From an uncultured Chloroflexia bacterium (lineage in GTDB: Bacteria > Chloroflexota > Limnocylindria > Limnocylindrales > CSP1-4): 64,000 nucleotides of DNA. The position numbers and the translations under genes were made by a program. A model generated the notes under the pieces. That model was not told the DNA's origin. It ran no database searches and saw only the letters and a list, made by a program, of their open reading frames with translations. The DNA lies in NCBI GenBank assembly GCA_963752475.1, contig CAVVYR010000006.1, forward strand, positions 799,074 to 863,073. Reading direction: 5' to 3'. Within the stretch, counting starts at the first letter, position 1, and each line of letters starts with the position of its first letter. This document shows positions 10,484 through 19,000 of the stretch, in pieces.

Positions 10484-11247
10484 CGCACGACCGTGACCTC
10501 GACGACAGGGTCCGCACCTGGCTCGACGAGCCGCCGCCCGGTCCGCCCGATCGCGACGCCGTCTACGCCCGAGTGCTCGACCGCCTACCAGAGACCCATC
10601 AACGCCGGCACTGGTGGCCATTCCAGTGGAACCCTTTCGCCGCAGGCGCGACGCGTAGCGCCGACGCGAACGGACCACGCCCACAAGGGAGGTCCAGAAC
10701 CATGTTGAACCCAGTCCGCGCGGTGGTGCTCGTCGCCGCGCTCGCGCTCGCCAGCAGCTTCGCGATGGTGACGGAGGTGGCTGCGCCGGGGCCGATCGTT
10801 CCGGGCGCGGAGGCACCGGGCGAGGCCATCGCGCACGTCGTTGGGCAGACAAGTGGCCAACGCGAGATCGCCGAGGGTGAGATGCAGGTCACAGACCGCG
10901 CCATCGAATGGCGAGGGATGGTGGCCGAGTGGGATGTGACAGCGGACGACCCGCGCTTGAGCGGCGTGATGACGGCCGAATATGCCCTTGACAACCTCAT
11001 GGGCGTTGCCGGGGCGGCGGCCCTGGCCGGGACGCAGACGATCAGCAACGCCGATGGCGAATGGTCGGGGACGGTGGTCGGAGTCGGCGTGCCGGACACG
11101 AACGACATCCAGTTCCAGTCGGTCCTCACAGGATCGGGAGCCTATGACGGACTGACGGCCGTGGTCCGCGCCGACAACGCCGAGAACGTGCTCGTCTACG
11201 AGTTCGAGGCGGTCGTCTTCCCAGGTTCATTGCCAGGCAGCGAGTAG
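10480..11247 (+). CDS. Putative anti-sigma / exported beta-rich protein (cassette 2)
   Basis: ATGA overlap; WL.E...LPETHQRRHWW N-terminus, TM or signal segment after Met75, DPRLSG...LTGSGAYDGL domain. Confidence 0.8.
   Translation: MTHDRDLDDRVRTWLDEPPPGPPDRDAVYARVLDRLPETHQRRHWWPFQWNPFAAGATRSADANGPRPQGRSRTMLNPVRAVVLVAALALASSFAMVTEVAAPGPIVPGAEAPGEAIAHVVGQTSGQREIAEGEMQVTDRAIEWRGMVAEWDVTADDPRLSGVMTAEYALDNLMGVAGAAALAGTQTISNADGEWSGTVVGVGVPDTNDIQFQSVLTGSGAYDGLTAVVRADNAENVLVYEFEAVVFPGSLPGSE
10632..10704 (+). promoter_or_regulatory. Putative internal ECF-type promoter (CCCTTT-N16-CGTAG) plus SD (AAGGGAGGT) and internal ATG at 10702
   Basis: Motif conserved in cassettes 2, 4 and 5, including minority codons CCT and CGT; function is inferred. 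Confidence 0.55.
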
Positions 11248-11385
11248 GCGCGCTCTCGAATGCCCGCGGGCCATCCAGGCTCGCGGGCATTCTTCGATTC
11301 GAGGGACCCAGAACGCTAGCGTGCCCGTCTTACCATGTAGAGGCGCAGCAACACAGCGAGGCGCCCAAGGGCACTTTGAGGGGGA

Positions 11386-11946
11386 ATGGACACCGACCTC
11401 GTGCTTCGGGCCCAGGACGGCGACGAGATCGCGTTCGCACGCCTGGCCGACGGCGTATACGGCCGCCTGCAGCAGGTGGCCTACCGCATCCTGCGGGACC
11501 CCGAGCTGGCTCGCGACGCATCCCAGCAGGCGGCCCTCTCGATGTGGCGCCACCTGCCGGAGCTCCGAGACCCCACCCGTTTCGAGGCCTGGTGCTATCG
11601 CCTCTGCGTCAATGCGTGCCACGAGGAGTCGCGGAAGCGCAGACGCCGCCTCCCTGAGACCGAGCTGAAGCCGTGGCACGAGCCCACGGTACGTGACGAG
11701 TACCAGCGTCTCATCGATCACGACCAACTGGAACGCGCGTTCCGGCGTCTGTCATTCGAGCACCGGACGGTCCTGGTGCTGCATCACTACCTGGGGATGT
11801 CGGTAGACGAGGTCGCGACCACCCTTGACACCCCGCTCGGAACCGTCAAGTCCCGCATGAACCGAGCGCTCCGACAGTTGCGTCGGCTCCTTGCGGCCGA
11901 TGCCGCCCCGCCGCTTGCGATGAACCGACAGGAGGTCACCCGATGA
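11386..11946 (+). CDS. ECF sigma factor (cassette 3)
   Basis: Paralog of 9923..10483; LRDPTRFEAW, GTVKSRMNR. Confidence 0.92.
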   Translation: MDTDLVLRAQDGDEIAFARLADGVYGRLQQVAYRILRDPELARDASQQAALSMWRHLPELRDPTRFEAWCYRLCVNACHEESRKRRRRLPETELKPWHEPTVRDEYQRLIDHDQLERAFRRLSFEHRTVLVLHHYLGMSVDEVATTLDTPLGTVKSRMNRALRQLRRLLAADAAPPLAMNRQEVTR

Positions 11947-12656
11947 CGATCGGACACGACCTCGAGCACCGTCTCGACAGTTGGATGCAGGAAAACGCGA
12001 GCGTGCCCGACGACCTCGCCGAGGTCCTCGCGAAGCTGCCCGAGACACCACAGCGACACCATCGATGGTCGATCAGCCTCACCGATCTCACAGGGAGGAC
12101 ACGAAGCATGTTCACAGCCACACGAGTGGCCGCGTTCGTCACTATCTTCACGCTAGGAGCGACGTCTGCGCTCATCATTGCGCCGCAAGAGGAGTCGGAG
12201 CCGGTCACGGTCCCCGCAGCGGAGGCGCCCTCCCTGGACGACATGGCCCGGGTCACCTGGCATGCGTGGATGTCGAAGAACGACCCCGCCAGCGCGAGTG
12301 TGACCCAGACGGAGTACGGAGAGCTGATCGAGGGTGGTGTCGCGGAGTTCGACATCGACGCGAGCGACGATCGCCTGTCCGGCCCAGCGGAGTTTCACAT
12401 CAATTCGATGTACTTCGAGCCGGCCGACGGGCAGTACCCGGCCCAGGTATTCGTTGGCAGCGTGACCATCGAGGCTGAGGAGGGCATGTGGGAGGGCTCC
12501 TTCGTGGCCCTGGACTATCCGGGCACCCCTGACGGCGAGAGCCAACACATCCTGACGGGCACCGGCGCCTACGAGGGCCTGACGGCTGTGATGACCACGC
12601 GCGACGACGTGACCTCGGGGCTGATCTTCCCGGGCGAGCTACCCGAACTGCCGTAG
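11943..12656 (+). CDS. Putative anti-sigma / exported beta-rich protein (cassette 3)
   Basis: ATGA overlap; LPETPQRHHRW; internal GGGAGG + ATG at 12108 (MFTATRVA); DDRLSG...LTGTGAYEGL. Confidence 0.8.
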   Translation: MTIGHDLEHRLDSWMQENASVPDDLAEVLAKLPETPQRHHRWSISLTDLTGRTRSMFTATRVAAFVTIFTLGATSALIIAPQEESEPVTVPAAEAPSLDDMARVTWHAWMSKNDPASASVTQTEYGELIEGGVAEFDIDASDDRLSGPAEFHINSMYFEPADGQYPAQVFVGSVTIEAEEGMWEGSFVALDYPGTPDGESQHILTGTGAYEGLTAVMTTRDDVTSGLIFPGELPELP

Positions 12657-12667
12657 TTCTGCCCACA

Positions 12668-12705
12668 GAGAGACGCCCGCGGGACTTCCTCCGCGGGCGT
12701 CTCTC
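12668..12705. terminator. 15-bp perfect inverted repeat between convergent genes
   Basis: GAGAGACGCCCGCGG-N8-CCGCGGGCGTCTCTC. Confidence 0.75.
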
Positions 12706-12749
12706 ACGTCCAGGCCCGGAGTCTCGGGCTCCAGGCCTGGCTCGCTTCG

Positions 12750-14162
12750 TCAGCTCTCCAGATGCATTCGCTGCATCGCCGCCGAGCCGGTCTCCGTCTC
12801 CGAGGCTTCGCCAGTGACCTGGTGCCGGGTCTCGACGGTGAACTCGATGGTGGCGCTCTGGTGAGCCTCGTCCATCTGCAGGTCGCCGTAGAGCGTCGAG
12901 TTGCCGCGCTTGACCACATCGGGCCGCGGGTCGCTGTCGTAGTAGTCGATGACCACGGACGCGCTATCGGGTCCGGTGGGCAGCCAGTTGCCCACGCCGA
13001 CGCCTCGGTAGGGATCGATCGTGAGCAGGGTGCCGTCGGCATGGATGGCCGTCGTGACCGAGGGTCCGTCCTCGTGCTCCTCGACCCACAGGCTGCCCAG
13101 GCTGGGCCACCAGGCCGGGTCGACGGTCGCGGCGTCCGGCTCCGGTTGTGGCTCCGCCGGCGCCCAGTCCGTGAAGCCGTTCGAGTCGCCGTAGCGGTTG
13201 GTTGCGACTCCGGTCTCCGGGTCGATGCTGACCTCGGCGACCAAGGGCAGGGCAGCAGGATCGTCGCTTGCGAACCAGGCCGTCATGATGCCGTGGTGCT
13301 CGTCGGGCTCGGCATACAGTCCGACACCGGGGCCGACCCACGAGTTGATGCTCACCCAGGTGCCGTCCGAATGCTCGAGGTTCTGGTTGGGTCGTCCGCC
13401 GTAATCCTCGTGCGTCACGCCCAATTCGTCCGCCCTGTGCAAGTCGATGCCGATCCTGGGCTGCCAGCCGGCATCGGGCGGCGTGACCGTCTCGGCTTCG
13501 GGCGGCATCGGCGCCATCTTCTTCCGCTCCGCCGTAGAGGTGATGATGCCGAAGCTGTTCTCGTCGTAGGTCAGGGTCATGTGGTCACCGGCCTCGTCGA
13601 GTTCACCGATGAAGCGGAGCTCGGCGGTGCCGGGCTCGAGGTAGATGTAGGAGCTATCCGTGCCGGTGAAGCCGAGCTCGGCGACGAGGGAGTGGTCGCC
13701 CAGCGGCCTCCACTCCCCGAGGCCGATCCCCAGCTCGCTGTTGACGCCCGTTGCGATGCCGTCGCCATGGAAGACGTAGTAGGTGGCCGCTTCGCCGGCA
13801 TCTCGCTCGAGCCAGATGCTGCCCGGAGCGTTCTCAGGCGAGAGTGGGGCGGAAGCGCGCTCCTCTTGGCCGACGTTGAGCGCGAGCGAGCCGCTCAGCG
13901 CGATGACGGCGATGACGGCCACGATCCGTGTGGCAGTGACCATGTTCGGGTACCTCCAGTGGTGGAGCGCCCTGCCGGAACCGGGGCTACGCGTCACGCC
14001 GGGACCGAAAGGGCGCCAGTCGAGTGGCCGCAGCCACCGGTGTCTGCGCTGAGGTGTGTTCGGGAGCTGCGCGAGCACGCGGTCCAGGCCGCGGTCATCG
14101 AGCTCCGTGGGTTCTTGCATCCAGTCGTGCACGACGCGTGCCGCTTCTCGCTCGGTGGTCAT
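12750..14162 (-). CDS. Putative anti-sigma / exported protein with three internal repeats (cassette 4)
   Basis: ATGA overlap; LPNTPQRRHRW; internal GGAGG + ATG at 13943 (MVTATRIVA), TM, 3x HxDG...GxGxG(W/Y). Confidence 0.8.
   Translation of the reverse strand: MTTEREAARVVHDWMQEPTELDDRGLDRVLAQLPNTPQRRHRWLRPLDWRPFGPGVTRSPGSGRALHHWRYPNMVTATRIVAVIAVIALSGSLALNVGQEERASAPLSPENAPGSIWLERDAGEAATYYVFHGDGIATGVNSELGIGLGEWRPLGDHSLVAELGFTGTDSSYIYLEPGTAELRFIGELDEAGDHMTLTYDENSFGIITSTAERKKMAPMPPEAETVTPPDAGWQPRIGIDLHRADELGVTHEDYGGRPNQNLEHSDGTWVSINSWVGPGVGLYAEPDEHHGIMTAWFASDDPAALPLVAEVSIDPETGVATNRYGDSNGFTDWAPAEPQPEPDAATVDPAWWPSLGSLWVEEHEDGPSVTTAIHADGTLLTIDPYRGVGVGNWLPTGPDSASVVIDYYDSDPRPDVVKRGNSTLYGDLQMDEAHQSATIEFTVETRHQVTGEASETETGSAAMQRMHLES
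13941..14013 (-). promoter_or_regulatory. Putative internal ECF-type promoter plus SD and internal ATG (cassette 4)
   Basis: Minus strand CCCTTTCG-gtccc-GGCGTGACGCGTAGC; CGTAG is 43 nt before the ATG, the same spacing as cassette 2. Confidence 0.55.
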
Positions 14163-14710
14163 CGCGCCGCTCCTTCGGCCAGGGCCGCGGGGCTCGGCTC
14201 TGCGAGGGCTTGACGCATGTTGGCGAGGGCCCGATGGAGCCGCGAGTTGACGGTGCCGATCGGTACGTCGAGGGCCTCCGCGATGGCGTCGAGCTGCAGG
14301 TCGAGGTGGTAGCGCAGCACGAGCACGACTCGGTGGTCGATCGACAGCGCGGCGAAACCGCGTTCCAGTTGCTCACGATCGAGGATCCGGCCGAAGTCAT
14401 CGGGAGCGACAGGTTCCTTGGGTGCTTGCGAGCCCACGACGGGCAGCATGCGCTTGCGTCGCCGGAACTCCGCGTGACAGGCGTTGACGAGGAGACGGTG
14501 GGACCAGGCTTCGAAGCGATCGGGGTCGCGTAGTTGCGGCAGGTCGCGCCACATCAGCAGGACTGCCTGCTGGGTCGCGTCCTCGGCCGCTGGCCGGTCG
14601 CGCAGGATCCTGAAGGCGACCTGGTGCAGCCGCCCATACACCGCGTCGGCCAGCATGGCGAATGCGTGCTGGTCCCCGTTCCGAGCGTGGATCACGAGCT
14701 CTGTGTCCAT
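14159..14710 (-). CDS. ECF sigma factor (cassette 4)
   Basis: MDTELV, AEDATQQ, LRDPDRFEAW, GTVNSRLHR. Confidence 0.92.
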   Translation of the reverse strand: MDTELVIHARNGDQHAFAMLADAVYGRLHQVAFRILRDRPAAEDATQQAVLLMWRDLPQLRDPDRFEAWSHRLLVNACHAEFRRRKRMLPVVGSQAPKEPVAPDDFGRILDREQLERGFAALSIDHRVVLVLRYHLDLQLDAIAEALDVPIGTVNSRLHRALANMRQALAEPSPAALAEGAAR

Positions 14711-14836
14711 CCCCCCACCGCTCATGGCGCTGGCGTCTGAGTCGCGCCTCTGAATCGTATGGCGCACGGCAAGCGCGAAACCTTCCATCCAAGAGAACCG
14801 TCGGGTCAGCTGCGGCGCATCGGTGCCGAAACCCTG

Positions 14837-15451
14837 CTAGTCGAGCATCCCTCGCTCGACCACGAAGTCGGCGACCTTGTCCACGCCGTCGCCACCTCGA
14901 AGGTTGGTGAAGACGTACGGGCGGTCCTGGCGCACGGAGATGGCGTCCCGCTCCATGTTCATGAGCGAGGCGCCCACGGCCGGCGCCAGGTCGCTCTTGT
15001 TGATCACCAGGAGGTCGCTGTCGGTGATGCCCGGGACCCCGCGCCGCGTCGCCTTTTCACCGGCGGCCACGTCGATGACGTAGATGACGAGGTCGGTCAG
15101 CTCCGGGTCGAAGGTCGAGGAGCCCAGATCGTCTCCACCTTCGATGAAGATCGCATCGAGCCCCTGGTGGCGGGTGATGAGCGCATCCACAGCGGCTAGG
15201 TTCTGCGTCGCATCGTCCCCCACGTCGGTGTGGGGACAGTTGCCGGCGTCGAGCCCGACGATCCGATCCTCAGTCAACGCTCCACGTCGCACCAGCGCCC
15301 GTGCGTCCTCGTGGGCGTTGACGTCGTTCGTGACCACCGCCACCGAGTAGCGATCGCTCAGATGCGAACAGAGCCCAGCCACCAGCGTGGTCTTGCCCGA
15401 GCCGATCGGTCCGCCGATGCCGACGCGCAGCGTCGGGCGGGACTCGCTCAC
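14837..15451 (-). CDS. ureG: Urease accessory GTPase UreG (divergent)
   Basis: GPIGSGKT, VTND, CPH metal motif, INKSDL. Confidence 0.88.
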   Translation of the reverse strand: MSESRPTLRVGIGGPIGSGKTTLVAGLCSHLSDRYSVAVVTNDVNAHEDARALVRRGALTEDRIVGLDAGNCPHTDVGDDATQNLAAVDALITRHQGLDAIFIEGGDDLGSSTFDPELTDLVIYVIDVAAGEKATRRGVPGITDSDLLVINKSDLAPAVGASLMNMERDAISVRQDRPYVFTNLRGGDGVDKVADFVVERGMLD

Positions 15452-15897
15452 CCCTGGGAGGCCAGGTCGTGATCGTGGGCGTGGTCCTTCGTGCCGCGTT
15501 CAGGCTCGAAGGGAACCTCTTCGACAGTGACCTGTGCTCCGAGCTTGCGTACGAGATCGTCGATGGCGCGATCGTGACGGTAGCGGATGAAGCCGGGGCC
15601 GACCTGCGTGCGAACATGCCGATTGCCCAGGTGGTACGCGACGCGCGCGAGCAGCATCGCATCAGAGGAGGCGATCGTCGAGACGTCCTCGGGCGCGGCT
15701 TCGACCGCGATGATGCGTTCGTCGGAGGCCTTCATGAGGTCGCCGTCGAGCAGGACCGTTCCGCGAGGCAGGAACAAGCCCACCTCCCGGCCGCTCGCGG
15801 TGGTGGCCTTGAGCCGGCTCTTGCGTCTTAGCTCCCAGGTCAGCGCCAATCGGTCGCTCGGTTCGCCCGCGGTCGCGAGTTCGTGGACCTCCAGCAT
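15448..15897 (-). CDS. ureE: Urease accessory nickel chaperone UreE
   Basis: LPRGTVL.DGD, AYHLGNRH, PFEPE and His tail; ATG at 15897 after GAGGAGG. Confidence 0.88.
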   Translation of the reverse strand: MLEVHELATAGEPSDRLALTWELRRKSRLKATTASGREVGLFLPRGTVLLDGDLMKASDERIIAVEAAPEDVSTIASSDAMLLARVAYHLGNRHVRTQVGPGFIRYRHDRAIDDLVRKLGAQVTVEEVPFEPERGTKDHAHDHDLASQG

Positions 15898-16076
15898 CGT
15901 CTGTGCCACCTCCTCAACTGCCATCGATCTCGACGGTAGCCGAGGGGCCGGTTCGGATGACGACCTAGAGCGGTGACCTTTCCGTTGCCCTTGTGTTGCG
16001 AGTCCGGCCTGAGGTGTTCTCGCCGACATAGAACGGATGTACTATTCGTGCACGGAGGTGTTAGGATGCCGGTCCC

Positions 16077-19000
16077 GTGCCCCGACGCCGCAAGCCCGCT
16101 CCGACCGACCCGTTCGCCGCCTTCGAAGCGCCCACGCGCGAGTGGTTCGGGTCCTCGTTCGACCGGCCCACCGACGCGCAACGGCAGGGCTGGCCGGCCA
16201 TCGCGGGAGGTCAGCACACGCTGATCTGCGCGCCCACCGGCAGCGGCAAGACGCTCGCCGCCTTCCTTTGGTGTCTGGACCGCCTGAAGCACGAACCCGT
16301 GCCGTCGGAGCCCAAGGCTCGGCTGCGCGTCCTGTACGTGTCGCCCCTGAAGGCGCTCGTGCATGACGTCGACCGCAACCTGCGTTCGCCCTTGGCCGGG
16401 ATCGGGCTGGCGGCGGAGCGGCTAGGTACGCCCACGCGTGAGGTGCAGGTCGGTATGCGCACGGGTGACACACCCGCGCAGGAGCGGCGCGCCTTCGGCA
16501 AGAAGCCGCCGGACATCCTCGTGACCACGCCGGAGTCGCTCTATCTCATCCTGACCAGCCAGGCACGCGAGGCCCTGCGCAACGTGGAGTGGATCATCGT
16601 CGATGAGATCCACGCGTTGGCCGGGACCAAGCGCGGTGCCCATCTGGCCCTATCGCTGGAGCGGTTGGAATCCATGACCGACCGTCCACCGCAGCGGATC
16701 GGGCTCTCGGCCACGCAGCGACCGCTCTCGGCCGTGGCCGCATACCTCGGAGGGCGGCAGCCGGGCGACGGTGAGAGCACGGCCGCGCCTCGGCCTGTGA
16801 CGATCGTCGATGCGGGCGTACGCAAGGAGCTCGATCTGTCGGTCGTGGTGCCGGTGGAGGACATGGGCCGTCTGGGTGAGGTCATCCCGCTCGAGGAGAC
16901 ACCCGGTGGCCCGATGGATGGGCCGGCGACGCGGACCAGCATCTGGCCCTCTGTCTACCCCCGCGTACTGGAGCTCATCCGCGAGCACCGCAGCACGATC
17001 GTCTTCACCAATAGCCGGCGACTGTCGGAGCGCCTGGCGCAGAGCCTCAACGAGCTCGCAGAAGAGGACATCGCCCGAGCGCACCATGGCTCCATCGCAC
17101 GCGAGCAACGGCTGATCATCGAGGAGCAGCTGAAGCAAGGCAAGCTCCCGTGCATCGTGGCCACGTCATCGCTCGAGCTGGGTATCGACATGGGCGCGGT
17201 GGACCTGGTCATCCAGGTGGAGTCGCCGCTGTCGGTCTCGCGCGGCCTGCAGCGTGTGGGGCGTGCCGGCCATCGGGTCGGCGAGCCCTCGCGCGGCGTG
17301 ATCTTCCCCAAGTACCGCGGTGACCTGCTGGAGGCGGCGGTGGTCACGCGCATGATGCGAGACGGCGCCATCGAGCCCACGACCGTGCCCCACAACCCGC
17401 TCGACGTGCTGGCTCAGCAGATCGTGGCCACGACCCTCGACCGGGACTGGCCCATCGACGAGCTCTACGCGCTCGTGCGGCGGGCGGAGAACTTCGCCGA
17501 TCTTGGCCGGGACACGTTCGAGGCCGTGCTGGGAATGCTTGCCGGCCAATACCCCGCTGACGAGTTCGCCGAGCTCAAGCCGCGGATCGTCTGGGACCGG
17601 GTGGCCGGCAGCGTGGCGGCGCGGAAGGATGCGCGCACCGTGGCCGTGACCTCGGGCGGGACGATCCCCGATCGCGGCCTGTTCCCCGTCTTCCTCTCGG
17701 ACGACGCTGCCGAGACCGGCGGTCCGGCGAGGGCGCGCGGTCGGGGAGGGGGTCGCCGCGTCGGGGAGCTGGACGAAGAGATGGTCTACGAGGCGCGCAC
17801 CGGTGAGGTCGTGCTGCTCGGTGCCAGCGCCTGGCGCATCGAGGCGATCGAGCACGACCGGGTGTTGGTCTCGCCGGCACCGGGCGAGTCGGGCAAGGTG
17901 CCCTTCTGGAAGGGTGACGGCGTGGGCCGGCCGGTCGAGCTCGGACGTGCGCTGGGACAGTTCACCCGGGAGATCTCGGAGCAGGCCGGTGCCAAGCGCG
18001 GTGGGCGCGCAAGGGCCATAAAGCGACTGCGCGACGAGCACGACCTCGACCAGATGGCGGCCGAGAACGTGCTCTCGTACCTCGACGAGGAACGTGAGGT
18101 CACCGGCGCGCTGCCCACAGATACGACGGTGGTGCTCCAGCGGTTCCGTGACGAGCTCGGTGACTGGCGAGTCTGCCTCTTGACGCCGTTCGGGGCGCGA
18201 GTGCATGCGCCGTGGGCGCTGGCCATCGAAGCCCGTCTGCAGGCGTCGCTGGGGGTGGACGTGAAGCCGCTCTGGTCCGATGACGGCATCGTGCTTCGCC
18301 TGCCCTCCACGGACGGGTCCTACGAGCCGGGTGAGGGCCTCGAGTCGATGGCTCAGCAGGCGGAGGCGGCGGTGCTCATCGCTGCCGACGACATCGAGGA
18401 GCTGGTGACCGAGTCGGTCGGCAGCTCGGCGCTCTTCTCGAGCCGCTTCCGCGAGAATGCGGCCCGAGCGCTGTTGCTGCCTCGCCGGCGCCCCGGCCAG
18501 CGGACGCCGCTGTGGCAGACGCGGCAACGGGCCTCTCAGCTATTGGCCGTGGCCAGCCGCTACGGCTCCTTCCCGATCATCCTCGAGACCTACCGTGAGG
18601 TCCTCCGGGACGTCTTCGACCTGCCCGCGCTCCGGGGCATCCTGGCCTCGATCGAACGCCGGGAGATCCGGGTCGTGAGTGTGGAGACATCGCGCGCATC
18701 GCCCTTCGCGTCGTCCTTGCTGTTCGACTACATCGCGACCTACATGTATGAAGGTGACGCGCCGCTGGTCGATCGGCGCGCACAGGCGCTGACGCTCGAT
18801 CGCGACCTGCTCCGGGAGTTGCTCGGAGCTGAGCAGCTGCGTGACCTGCTCGATGCGGAGGCCCTGGCCGAGCTGGAGCTCGAGCTGCAGGCGCTGACCG
18901 AGGAACGGGCGGCCGGCTCGGTCGACCAGGTACAGGACCTGCTGCGGCGCCTCGGTGACCTGAGCGACGACGAGGTCGCGGCTCGGGTGCGCGGCGCTGA

